Below are positions 31,460-40,197 of a stretch of DNA of 64,000 bases, piece after piece. A program made the position numbers and the translations under genes. Within the stretch, counting starts at the first letter, position 1, and the number at the start of each line of letters is the position of its first letter. Where the stretch lies: positions 1 to 64,000 of IMG/VR virus record IMGVR_UViG_3300010259_000001. The stretch is one strand, 5' to 3'. The notes below the pieces were generated by a model that did not search any database, had not been told where the DNA came from, and saw only the letters and a list, made by a program, of their open reading frames with translations. The DNA is from a virus.

Positions 31460-32941
31460 TTAGAAACCTTTGCCTTTCTGACGCTCATAGACGGCAACCT
31501 TGCCGTTGTCGCAGTTGACAATCTTGAATTGGACTATTGAGCGAGGAGGAATGTCCGATGGCAGTCCTTTCACCAGTCGCGCAATCACCTCGTCGATGTT
31601 TGAGCAACCAATGTCCTCAAAACTGGTGAGGCACTTGCCTTGAAAGAAAGCTGCTGCCTTGATGAGCATCTTCGGTGACAGACGGAACACGCTGCTTTCC
31701 TCCTCCTGCGCAGCCTGTTTGCTGGCTTGGTCAGAGAAGAAGATAAAATCAACAACACGCTCGTTCAGTTCCCATGCAGGTGTGAAGTCCAGTTTGATGT
31801 ATCCGCGAGTGATGCGGTGTCCTGCACTATGGTTCATGCCGAAAGCAACCTCAGATATGGACGCGCCGCAATCGTTCTGCGCCACCGTTCCCCATGTGTG
31901 ACGGAAAGTATAGACGCAATACCAGTTCTCCTTTGCAATGCCCATGCTCTCACAAATCTTTCGGATGCCTATGTTTACGTTCGCGCTGAAACTGTCGCTG
32001 GTGGTGTGCCTGTCATGGAAGTTGAACAGCCATTCACTGCCTGGTACTGAAGCATACTTCTCAAACAACGGCTTGATAATCTCCGGCACACGCATTTCAA
32101 AGTATGCTCCATCAGAACGGCTGCGCATGGTCTTCGCACGCTTGTAGTGGATGATGCCACCGTGATAGTCCTCCCTGCGCAGGTTGTATAAATCGACCGT
32201 GTTGATGCCTCCAAGACACAATACCATCATGGCTACGTCTCGACCAAGTTCGGGCAACGGCAACTTCATCTTGCTTTCGGGCAGGGGAGAAGAAAAGAAC
32301 CTGCGGCACTCCTCCGCACTGATGGCTCGCTTCTCGGGACGATCTGCATGTGGTATCTTCACCTTTACCCACGGATTGGTCTTCACTCTGATAAGCCCGG
32401 TGTCATAGTCGTTCAGTTCCTCGATGGCTGCGCGAAACACCTGCCTAATGCACACAGGATACATTTCCTTTGCCCTGTTCGTCTGTTCCAAACTCTTTAT
32501 CCACTTCGCCACGTTCGTTGAGGTCAGCATAGAGAACTTCACTTTGGTGGTGCCAAAGTAACGCTCCATGTGCTGGAGTGCCAACTCGTAGTTTTTAGCG
32601 TTCCTCGCCTGTCCGTTGTTGATGAGCCTGTCAATGTGCCGTCGCGCATAGTCAGAGAAGCACAAGTCCTCCTCACCCTTTTGTAGGTAGTCCACAACCA
32701 TTCGTGCAGTCCAGTTGCGAGTGTCCGTCTTGTTCAACTTCGCATTATAGTCAAGAATGAGCGCAGTGCAGAACTGCATCACTACAGGGTCGGTGATTTC
32801 CTTGCTCCTTGACAACTCACGCTTCGTTACCATCTTGTCCGTCTTGATGTACTGTGTCGTGCGGTTGTGCGTCACTCTGATATAGACAGGAAAGAACCCG
32901 TCATTGCGCATCTTCTGTACGCATGCTTTCAGTGTTGCCAT
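31460..32941 (-). CDS. int: Tyrosine site-specific recombinase (phage integrase, Bacteroides-type with N-terminal arm-binding domain)
   Basis: 493 aa. The N-terminus MATLKACVQKMRNDGFFPVYIRVTHNRTTQYIKTD is typical of the Bacteroidota integrase arm-binding domain. Catalytic-box motifs YTFRHTWGT and GHRITRGYIK are present. Confidence 0.85.
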   Translation of the reverse strand: MATLKACVQKMRNDGFFPVYIRVTHNRTTQYIKTDKMVTKRELSRSKEITDPVVMQFCTALILDYNAKLNKTDTRNWTARMVVDYLQKGEEDLCFSDYARRHIDRLINNGQARNAKNYELALQHMERYFGTTKVKFSMLTSTNVAKWIKSLEQTNRAKEMYPVCIRQVFRAAIEELNDYDTGLIRVKTNPWVKVKIPHADRPEKRAISAEECRRFFSSPLPESKMKLPLPELGRDVAMMVLCLGGINTVDLYNLRREDYHGGIIHYKRAKTMRSRSDGAYFEMRVPEIIKPLFEKYASVPGSEWLFNFHDRHTTSDSFSANVNIGIRKICESMGIAKENWYCVYTFRHTWGTVAQNDCGASISEVAFGMNHSAGHRITRGYIKLDFTPAWELNERVVDFIFFSDQASKQAAQEEESSVFRLSPKMLIKAAAFFQGKCLTSFEDIGCSNIDEVIARLVKGLPSDIPPRSIVQFKIVNCDNGKVAVYERQKGKGF

Positions 32942-33114
32942 AATCTGTGTTCCTATCGTTTTTTGTTACACATCTGTATCTTGTTGTTATCTCGGTCATT
33001 CTGAACTCTAAACACGCTCTAAACATGGGGTCTGAAAACTCGCAACTTTCTCTAAACATTTCCGTTCATTCTGCTCATTTTACGTGTAGGAATGAACTAA
33101 CCTCCATTTACGAA

Positions 33115-33156
33115 GTTAGGCGGAAGTCCCTTTGTTTTCGGGGCTTACCGCCTAAC
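33115..33156. other. Long imperfect hairpin in the spacer between the lysogeny operon and int
   Basis: 9-bp outer stem gttaggcgg (33115-33123) with ccgcctaac (33148-33156), extended by aagtccc/ggggctt. No flanking T-run on either strand. Confidence 0.35.
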
Positions 33157-33247
33157 TCGCTTAGTTTCAAGTTCCGTCGATTATTCCTCTACGGCTGCCT
33201 GCGCCGCTCTTTTTGGAGCCTCAAAATAAGCGAGTTTGCGGTTTTCT

Positions 33248-33628
33248 CTAATCAATGCCTAATTCATTCATTTTAGTTGTCAGGTCGTAATACATCTGAA
33301 CGGATGCGTCTGTTGCAAATGCCTCTGCCCATGTCTTGAAGTCGTATTCCAGTCCGCTGACCTCATCAAGGTATGGACTATCCCAAAGGTCTTCCAATGA
33401 GGCGTAGGCTTCTGCCGGGTCTTTGCCGTATGCGTCCACCACTTCTGTTCCATATTGCTCAACGAGTATCCTTGCCCAATCGCTTTGCTCGCAACCGGGA
33501 TTGAGACTCAACACCTCGAACGCTGCGGCTTTTAATTCCTCCAACGTATCATCCTGCTCATTCGCCTCCGTTACGGCTTTCATCAGCATGGACAACTTGC
33601 GAAATGCGATGTCTTCTTTACTGCTCAT
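33248..33628 (-). CDS. Hypothetical strongly acidic protein (lysogeny operon)
   Basis: 126 aa with an ATG start, rich in D/E. Last gene of the repressor operon. Confidence 0.55.
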   Translation of the reverse strand: MSSKEDIAFRKLSMLMKAVTEANEQDDTLEELKAAAFEVLSLNPGCEQSDWARILVEQYGTEVVDAYGKDPAEAYASLEDLWDSPYLDEVSGLEYDFKTWAEAFATDASVQMYYDLTTKMNELGID

Positions 33629-33855
33629 GGTGCAATTGGGCTTCTTAGCGTATATGGGTTTGCGGTCTTATAGTGTCCTGCACTATCGGGAACAAGAAGT
33701 TCTTTAGTCCATGTATCCATGACCACTACACCGCCAATAGTTTTATATCTATGATTAAGCGCATTAAGGTACAGACCGCCAAAGAATGCTGCTAACAGCA
33801 ACGCTATGACGATATATCGAAAAGGCTTAAATGTCTGTACACGTTCTTCGCTCAT
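33625..33855 (-). CDS. Hypothetical single-pass membrane protein (lysogeny operon)
   Basis: 76 aa with TM segment YIVIALLLAAFFGGLYL. Start and stop overlaps (ATGA-type) with both neighbours. Confidence 0.55.
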   Translation of the reverse strand: MSEERVQTFKPFRYIVIALLLAAFFGGLYLNALNHRYKTIGGVVVMDTWTKELLVPDSAGHYKTANPYTLRSPIAP

Positions 33856-34199
33856 CGTTCCATCAATATTTTTATTGTACGTTCCTTTTCCTCCAGCAAT
33901 TTCTCCAACAACGCCACACGTTCTTGAAGTACAGCATTATTGCTACCGGCAATGTTGTTATTGCCAGCAATGGAAACACCACCGTGGTCTGATATTGTTA
34001 CATTCGCTGGTTCAATTGGATAGAATAACGACATATTTTCACCCAATGCTTCTGCAATGCGTTCCAGCAAACTTGATTTAATGTCGGCAGCAGCAAGCAT
34101 TTGGTTAAATGATTGCTGCGACACGCCAAGCAGTTTCGCTATCTGAGATTGCGAAACCTTCTTCTCATAGAGAATTTCTTTTAGCCTATTGCCTGTCAT
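33852..34199 (-). CDS. XRE/CI-like HTH repressor
   Basis: 115 aa. The HTH_3-like segment KKVSQSQIAKLLGVSQQSFNQMLAA is present. Divergent from the early operon. Confidence 0.8.
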   Translation of the reverse strand: MTGNRLKEILYEKKVSQSQIAKLLGVSQQSFNQMLAAADIKSSLLERIAEALGENMSLFYPIEPANVTISDHGGVSIAGNNNIAGSNNAVLQERVALLEKLLEEKERTIKILMER

Positions 34200-34201
34200 G
34201 A

Positions 34202-34288
34202 AACAATACTTTTATTGTTAATAATTCTTAAATCTACAAAGAAAAACAAGTATTTTGTTGTTGATTACAATACTTTTATTTATCTTTG
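34202..34288. promoter_or_regulatory. Divergent switch region: three operator-like sites plus a -7 box
   Basis: 7-4-7 palindrome AACAATActttTATTGTT (34202-34219). AACAAgtattTTGTT (34245-34259). A second copy of the 14-mer ACAATACTTTTATT (34267-34280, identical to 34203-34216). TATCTTTG -7 box at 34281-34288, facing the early operon. Confidence 0.5.
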
Positions 34289-34373
34289 TGTCGTGTTTAA
34301 GCCTCGTTGCTGTGCAACTGGCTTGATTTCAAACTTCAAAGGTAAGCATTTTTAATTAAATAAACGAAAGAAA

Positions 34374-34598
34374 ATGGCAAAATCTGAATTTCGCGTCGTT
34401 CGAGAAACGCAAGTTAACACTCCCGAAAGCCTTTTGACGGTCGAAAAGGGGGAAACGGTAAAAGTATCGTGCAAGGATTTCTCGCCTTACAGCACGGTAA
34501 AGAGTGCAGCCACACGTCTTAACCAGCGTGCTGGCTGTGTTGAGTTTGAGATAACCACACCCGACAACGGTGCAACTATCATCATCAAAAGAAACTAA
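34374..34598 (+). CDS. Hypothetical early protein
   Basis: 74 aa, ATG start, first gene of the plus-strand early operon. Confidence 0.5.
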   Translation: MAKSEFRVVRETQVNTPESLLTVEKGETVKVSCKDFSPYSTVKSAATRLNQRAGCVEFEITTPDNGATIIIKRN

Positions 34599-34600
34599 TC

Positions 34601-34825
34601 ATGAAAGAATTGTTCACTCCATTCAGAAACTGGCGCGTTATCGTGCTTGCAGTGCTTGTGATGGTCGCTGCCGTGTTCATTCTCGGCGACTGCGACGACA
34701 TGGGTTATCTACTGTTTACAAAGGGTGTTGGCTTCGGTCTCGCCTACATCATCTATCGTCTTGGCAAGTATTGGGATGCCAAGGGCAAAATCAATGAGTT
34801 AACAGCACTCGCAGAAGAAGAATAA
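34601..34825 (+). CDS. Hypothetical membrane protein
   Basis: 74 aa with two hydrophobic segments (VIVLAVLVMVAAVFIL, GVGFGLAYIIYRL). Confidence 0.5.
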   Translation: MKELFTPFRNWRVIVLAVLVMVAAVFILGDCDDMGYLLFTKGVGFGLAYIIYRLGKYWDAKGKINELTALAEEE

Positions 34826-34827
34826 CC

Positions 34828-35103
34828 ATGAGTACCTATATCCAGTTTCCCGACAAGGTGGTGTCATACGACACGTTCATGGACGACCTTTCATCGCGCA
34901 TAGTTCGCAAGATGCAGCGTGCGGAGGCAGACCCTAAGACAGTCAGCCAACGAAAGGCTTACTCCATCTTCGGACGTGCCAATGTTGACCGCTGGCGCAA
35001 GGAGGGACGCATACATCCTTGCAAGCGTCCGGGCAAAGTGGAGTATTGCATGGCAGACTTACGACTTCTTCAGCAGACGCAACAAGATTACTTCAAACGC
35101 TAA
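34828..35103 (+). CDS. Excisionase-like / HTH_17-type DNA-binding protein
   Basis: 91 aa. The segment ...SQRKAYSIFGRANVDRWRKEGRIHPCKRPGKVEYCMADLRLL has the MerR/Xis-like HTH pattern. Confidence 0.5.
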   Translation: MSTYIQFPDKVVSYDTFMDDLSSRIVRKMQRAEADPKTVSQRKAYSIFGRANVDRWRKEGRIHPCKRPGKVEYCMADLRLLQQTQQDYFKR

Positions 35104-35108
35104 CGAAT

Positions 35109-35357
35109 ATGGATTACGCAATTTACAAAACTACCAACGGCAAGCACCCTCGCGTTATTCACCGCTTCACACAGGAGGCTTGCAACCACAAGGCAAAAGC
35201 CGCTGCGCGTGAAAAACTGAATGACATGTGGCTCCGCGTCCTCCAGCGTCCGATGCTCCATCACAACCCCAAAGGTACAAAGGACGATTTCCAGTACGAC
35301 TATATGACGAGCGTGAACACCTCTGAGTGCATCCGCTTCTACATAGACAAATTATAA
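35109..35357 (+). CDS. Hypothetical protein
   Basis: First ATG of track ORF 35019-35357 that does not overlap the upstream gene (MDYAIYKTTNGKHP...). Confidence 0.45.
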   Translation: MDYAIYKTTNGKHPRVIHRFTQEACNHKAKAAAREKLNDMWLRVLQRPMLHHNPKGTKDDFQYDYMTSVNTSECIRFYIDKL

Positions 35358-35380
35358 GTTAAACCATTAAACGTATCAAC

Positions 35381-36352
35381 ATGAGCCAAATCACTCTCAC
35401 CGTCGAGCAGCTTAATGAAATGCAGCCCCTCGACATCGTAACGTCGCCTATCGTTCGCGACAAGTTCATCAACATCTATGATACCCTTTGGGGTAATGGA
35501 ACAGGTGAAGCAGCCTACGAGCGCGAAAGCAACTACTTCAACAAGTTGCTGCGCGATACACCCGACCTGCAAAAAGGCACTCACTTCTCTTTGTTTACAG
35601 CGTTTATCGACCTCGCAGTGTGTGGTCTATCGCTTGAAAAAGGTACACGCGCCTTGTGCTACCTTATCGGACGCAACCAAAAGACAACTCCAAAACTCGA
35701 CCAGCAAGGCAGACCTTTGAAAGACCAAAAGGGCTACATCATCTACAACTGGGAGGGTCGCGTTGTTCTCACTATCTCTGCTTACGGCGAACTGGTGCTG
35801 CGCGAACGTGCCGGACAAATACGTCATGCCGACAACCCGGTACTGGTGTATGCCAACGACGAGTTTTCTTTCTCTGATAAGAATGGACGTAAGGAAGTGG
35901 AATATGTTTGCCACCTGCCTCACACTGGTCAGCGTATCGTGGCTTGCTACCTCCGTATCACTCGCGCTGATGGGAGCATCGACTACTCTGTCATGACAGA
36001 AGAAGACTGGGTGCGCCTCGCTCAGTACAGCGCACGTCAGAACAAGAATGGCGGTGCCAATGCTCTCTATGGAGTTGACCAGCAAGGTGTGGTCAACATT
36101 GACAGTGGTTTCCTCATGGCGAAGTGTATCAAACACGCTTTCAAGACTTATCCAAAAGTCCGTATTGGACGTGGTACTGAATTGCAGAGCCAGCAGGTTG
36201 AGGAGAAAGAAATTGAAATCAACGACGATTTGTATGGTGTTGACACCGAGACTGGCGAGGTCATGCAGCCAGAGCCACAGCCGTTCGGACCTCCTGCCAA
36301 CGACGTTTCTGCAGGTGTAACTGTAGATGCCGGTGACGATGATGGCTTCTAA
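35381..36352 (+). CDS. recT: RecT-like single-strand annealing protein
   Basis: 323 aa. ...SLFTAFIDLAVCGLSLEKGTRALCYLIGRN... and ...ISAYGELVLRERAGQIRHADNPVLVYANDEFSF resemble RecT-family blocks. A PD-(D/E)XK nuclease gene lies nearby. Confidence 0.6.
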   Translation: MSQITLTVEQLNEMQPLDIVTSPIVRDKFINIYDTLWGNGTGEAAYERESNYFNKLLRDTPDLQKGTHFSLFTAFIDLAVCGLSLEKGTRALCYLIGRNQKTTPKLDQQGRPLKDQKGYIIYNWEGRVVLTISAYGELVLRERAGQIRHADNPVLVYANDEFSFSDKNGRKEVEYVCHLPHTGQRIVACYLRITRADGSIDYSVMTEEDWVRLAQYSARQNKNGGANALYGVDQQGVVNIDSGFLMAKCIKHAFKTYPKVRIGRGTELQSQQVEEKEIEINDDLYGVDTETGEVMQPEPQPFGPPANDVSAGVTVDAGDDDGF

Positions 36353-36515
36353 CGAGAGAAAAGAAAGCGTGTGCAAAGGATGCCCGCAAGCCTATCGCGC
36401 TATCAACGGTCTCTTTTGCTCACGCCTACACAGATACGTAGAGTATTGCATGGTTCAACCTTGCACAAACATTTTTCAATCCACAAAACAGGTATCATCA
36501 TGGCAACAGAAATAA
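36327..36515 (+). CDS. Possible small Cys-rich protein
   Basis: 62-aa ORF with ATGs at 36327, 36339 and 36342. Contains CKGC...C...C...C. Overlaps the recT end and the next gene's start. Confidence 0.3.
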   Translation: MPVTMMASNERKESVCKGCPQAYRAINGLFCSRLHRYVEYCMVQPCTNIFQSTKQVSSWQQK

Positions 36516-37702
36516 CAATTTTTGAACCGCAGAATGTAGGCACGATTGCAAAAGTCGCGCCACAGGCTTTCAAGGAGAACAGCGTTTCGCACGACCGCTG
36601 CCTCCAGTTCGGACAGGAACTGCTCAACCGCGTAAATACAGAGGGTATGTCCGACGAACTCGACCAAGAGATTGCAACATTCATTGAACGTGCGAAGAAG
36701 ACATTGAAGAAGATGAACGGCAAACGCTCTGCCGTTACGCAACTCTTTGATAACATCCGTTCGGTCTATACAAAACTGGAAAACGAGGTTGACCCTGCAA
36801 AGAAAGGAACGGTTGCAGCACAGTTGCAGGAACACCGCAACAAATACGCTGACAAGAAACGTGAGGAATACGAGGCAGAGCAGCGCAGAAAGCAGTTGGA
36901 ACAGGCTAAGGTGATGGCAAAGAACAAGTATGCTACCGATGTCGAAGACGACCTCCTGCGCCAGTTCAATGCGCTTGTTGCTTCTACGTGTAACCGTCTT
37001 ATCGAACTTGACAAGTCTCTGACACTTGAAAACTATGCCATCGTAAACGATGGAGTGAAAAACACCAGCGACCAACTTTCACAGGACTGGTTCAATGCGC
37101 TTCGTCCCGAAGTGCTGATGCCCTCAGTTCTCTCGCCCGAAGACGCGCGTGCCATCGCTGCCGAAGTGAAGCAGAAGATACAGCAGCGTTTCAAGGAACA
37201 ATTCACTTTTGAGATTTCCACCAACCGCGACGACATTCTTGACCGTCTGCCATCCAAGCGCAAGGAATTGGAGCGCATTGCCAAAGCCAACAAGGAGGAG
37301 GCAGAGCGTATCAAGAAACAGATGGAGGAGCGCGAGCGCAAGGAAGCCGAACAGCGAGAGAAAGAACGTGTCGAACGTGAGGCAAAGGAGAAAGCTGCTG
37401 CCGAACTTGCTGCACAGAAACAGGAAATGGACGGTCTCTTTGGTGCCGCTGAAATACAGGTCAACCAGTATCAGCCGAAAACATCAGTCAAAAAACGCCT
37501 CAACGTACTAAACTCTGAGGGCTTCATGCAGGTAGTTGGTATGTGGTGGGCGCAACACGGCTGCACACTCTCTGTTGCTGAACTTGAAAAGATTTTCTCA
37601 AAGCAACTGACATACTGCAACAAACTGGCTAACGACAAAGAGCACCCAATCTTTATCCAGTCTGAACATATTGAATACGTGGACGATGTAAAAGCAAAGT
37701 AA
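36500..37702 (+). CDS. Hypothetical coiled-coil protein of the recombination module
   Basis: ATG at 36500 (MATEITIFEPQNVG...), 400 aa. Contains a long E/K/R-rich helix (...KKQMEERERKEAEQREKERVEREAKEKAAAE...). Confidence 0.55.
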   Translation: MATEITIFEPQNVGTIAKVAPQAFKENSVSHDRCLQFGQELLNRVNTEGMSDELDQEIATFIERAKKTLKKMNGKRSAVTQLFDNIRSVYTKLENEVDPAKKGTVAAQLQEHRNKYADKKREEYEAEQRRKQLEQAKVMAKNKYATDVEDDLLRQFNALVASTCNRLIELDKSLTLENYAIVNDGVKNTSDQLSQDWFNALRPEVLMPSVLSPEDARAIAAEVKQKIQQRFKEQFTFEISTNRDDILDRLPSKRKELERIAKANKEEAERIKKQMEERERKEAEQREKERVEREAKEKAAAELAAQKQEMDGLFGAAEIQVNQYQPKTSVKKRLNVLNSEGFMQVVGMWWAQHGCTLSVAELEKIFSKQLTYCNKLANDKEHPIFIQSEHIEYVDDVKAK

Positions 37703-37704
37703 CT

Positions 37705-38100
37705 ATGTACGAAAGCGGATATTACCCAGCAGGTGCGGAGCATGACCCAAACGCTCCGTGGAACCAGTCAGACCCCGAACCAGTATCGCAGGACATCGAG
37801 TATTCTTGCACCATGCGTCGCACTGCAACCGTCGAGACTACAAACTATGTGCCTGGTACATGGGAAAAAGACGAGGACGGCGTTGGCTATCGTGACGGTG
37901 ATGATTTCTCCGATACCGATTGGCTGTCCGACTTCAAAGATACCTATCGTACACCGAAAGAACTCATTGACCTGCTCAAAGAAACAGCCAAAGAACTTGC
38001 CGATGGCAAGATGCCTAACAATCCAAAATCGTTTTGGAAAAACGTAATGGCTGACTGCGAAAAATGGAGTATCGACGATGAAGAAACAGAAGTGCTTTGA
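37705..38100 (+). CDS. Hypothetical acidic protein
   Basis: 131 aa, ATG start, tightly packed with its neighbours. Confidence 0.5.
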   Translation: MYESGYYPAGAEHDPNAPWNQSDPEPVSQDIEYSCTMRRTATVETTNYVPGTWEKDEDGVGYRDGDDFSDTDWLSDFKDTYRTPKELIDLLKETAKELADGKMPNNPKSFWKNVMADCEKWSIDDEETEVL

Positions 38101-38102
38101 TT

Positions 38103-38765
38103 ATGATGAATATCCAAGATATAAACTACTACGAGCGAAGTGAGGTCAGCAACTCTGACCTCACCGAACTCAAAAACCTGCTCCATCCGCGCCTACAGTT
38201 TGGCGATAAGGAAGCAGCGTTCCGCTTCGGCTCTCTTGTCGATGCCATCATCACAGAACCCGACCGCGTGAACTACTACCAGTTCACCGTTGACGATGTT
38301 CAGTACACGGAAGACGAGTTCCGTCACGCACAAGAAATGTACCGTTCGCTTCGTCGGGAGGCTCGCAATGATGCTTTTCTTGCAAAGGTGCTGGAGATTG
38401 CGGACACGCAACGCTGTATGGTAAATAAGCAACAGCAGTTTGAGTATGGTGGGTTTGTTTTCACTCTCGACACTCGCTGCAAGTGGGATTGGTTCCTTGA
38501 CCTTTTCGGCTTCGGTGGCGACCTCAAAACGACTTTCGCTTCTACGCAGAAAGAATTTGACGAGGCTGTTGACTTCTTCGACTGGGACAGGAGCCGTGCA
38601 TGGTACATGGATATTGCGCACTCCGACCGTGATTTCATCTACGGCATCAGCAAAAAGAACTGCTGCGTGTTCAAGAAGTTCATCAACCGTGATGATGCAA
38701 TTTACAAGCGCGGACGTGAGAAATATGAAGAACTGGCATTCCAGTATTGGTGCCTAAACTTATAG
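38103..38765 (+). CDS. PD-(D/E)XK-family nuclease (putative recombination exonuclease)
   Basis: First ATG after the TTG used by the track. Motifs seen: ...FGSLVDAII... and ...FGFGGDLKTT... (D...D-x-K pattern). Confidence 0.5.
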   Translation: MMNIQDINYYERSEVSNSDLTELKNLLHPRLQFGDKEAAFRFGSLVDAIITEPDRVNYYQFTVDDVQYTEDEFRHAQEMYRSLRREARNDAFLAKVLEIADTQRCMVNKQQQFEYGGFVFTLDTRCKWDWFLDLFGFGGDLKTTFASTQKEFDEAVDFFDWDRSRAWYMDIAHSDRDFIYGISKKNCCVFKKFINRDDAIYKRGREKYEELAFQYWCLNL

Positions 38766-38769
38766 TCAG

Positions 38770-40197
38770 ATGGAACTGAAACACAATCTTAAAATAGAAC
38801 CATATCCATACCAGCGTGAGGGTATCATCTTCGGGCTTGACAAACGGAGACTGCTCATCGGTGATGAACCGGGACTTGGTAAGACACTCCAGTCTATTGG
38901 CATTGTCGATACGGCTAACGCCTACCCTGCGCTCGTTATCTGTCCGTCCTCTCTTAAAATCAACTGGCAGCGTGAGTTTGAGAAGTTCACCAACAAGAAA
39001 GCACTTGTACTTGACAACGCTACACGCACGGCATGGCCGTACTTCCTGCAAATGGGTATGTTCCATGTTGCCATTGTCAATTATGAGAGCCTACGCAAGT
39101 ATTTCGTTTGGGACATCAATTCTTCAGACCGTCGCTCTTTCCGCCTCAAAGATGTCGTCTTCAATGATGCCATCAAGGTTTTTCACTCGGTTATCATCGA
39201 CGAAAGCCACCGTGTCAAAGACCCAAGCGCACAGCAGACAATCTTCACACGTGGCATAGTTGAGGGCAAGGACTTCCGTATTCTCCTTTCGGGTACGCCT
39301 GTTGTCAATCGTGCAGAAGATTTGGTTTCCCAACTCTCCATCATGGGCAGGTTGCAGGAGTTTGGCGGTCGTGGCAAGTTCCTCGCTGACTATGGGGAGA
39401 ATGATAACCTTGAAGAACTGTCTCAGCAACTCTACCGCCGCTGCATGATACGCCGTGAAAAGGCAAAGGTGTTGACGCAACTGCCCGACAAGACGCGTAC
39501 AGACCTCTATGTGGAAATATCCAATCGTGATGAATACGAACTTGCAGCGGAAGACCTTGCCGAGTACCTGCGTCAATATAAGGAGTGCTCCGATTGGGAG
39601 ATACGTCGCAAGATGCGCATGGAGGCTCTTGTCAAGTTCATGACACTGCGCTCGCTCTCTGCCAAGGGTAAAGTAAAGCAAGCCATTGACTTTGTTCGCG
39701 TCTTCCTTGCATCCGGCAAACCGCTCATCCTGTTCTGCTCACTCCATGAGATTGTAGATGAACTGTGCAAAGCGTTTCCTGATGCTGTACGCGTCACAGG
39801 GCGCGATAACGCCACATCAAAGCAACAAGCCGTTGACAGTTTTCAAAACGGATATAGCCAGTTGATTGTCTGCTCAATCAAGGCCGCTGGTGTTGGACTG
39901 ACGCTGACGGCATCATCAAACGTGGCTTTCGTAGAATTTCCTTGGACTTATGCCGACTGCTGCCAGTGCGAAGACAGAGCGCACCGTATTGGGCAAAAGG
40001 ACAACGTGACGTGTTACTATCTCATCGGTCGCCATACCATCGACCGTGCGCTCTACGACATCATCCACAAGAAAAAGTCCATTGCTAACCAAATCATGGC
40101 TGCTGACGATGAGATACCTACCGACGAAATGTATTTCAACGAACTGGCTGCTATGATACTCAACCCAGACAATGACGATGGAGATATGCAAGACTGA
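38770..40197 (+). CDS. SNF2-family DNA helicase
   Basis: 475 aa. Motifs seen: PYQREGI, GDEPGLGKTLQ (motif I), IIDESHRVK (DExH), and ...QCEDRAHRIGQKDNV (motif VI). Confidence 0.9.
   Translation: MELKHNLKIEPYPYQREGIIFGLDKRRLLIGDEPGLGKTLQSIGIVDTANAYPALVICPSSLKINWQREFEKFTNKKALVLDNATRTAWPYFLQMGMFHVAIVNYESLRKYFVWDINSSDRRSFRLKDVVFNDAIKVFHSVIIDESHRVKDPSAQQTIFTRGIVEGKDFRILLSGTPVVNRAEDLVSQLSIMGRLQEFGGRGKFLADYGENDNLEELSQQLYRRCMIRREKAKVLTQLPDKTRTDLYVEISNRDEYELAAEDLAEYLRQYKECSDWEIRRKMRMEALVKFMTLRSLSAKGKVKQAIDFVRVFLASGKPLILFCSLHEIVDELCKAFPDAVRVTGRDNATSKQQAVDSFQNGYSQLIVCSIKAAGVGLTLTASSNVAFVEFPWTYADCCQCEDRAHRIGQKDNVTCYYLIGRHTIDRALYDIIHKKKSIANQIMAADDEIPTDEMYFNELAAMILNPDNDDGDMQD

Noticed and set aside
31054-31460. 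Search for a tRNA gene or a tRNA 3'-fragment as the attP core
   Set aside because: I could find no cloverleaf-compatible segment and no GGTTCGAATCC-type T-arm by eye. The GC-rich palindrome at 31396-31409 is not tRNA-like.
32947-33276. 109-aa plus-strand ORF in the integrase upstream spacer
   Set aside because: It starts at a non-ATG codon, spans the repeat and hairpin region, and runs into the convergent acidic-protein gene. The region is more plausibly non-coding regulatory DNA.
35627-36376. 249-aa minus-strand ORF antisense to recT. Similar antisense ORFs occur at 36476-37075, 39124-39681, 42066-42503, 42742-43248 and 43487-44100.
   Set aside because: They are embedded in a tightly packed plus-strand operon and have no independent signals.
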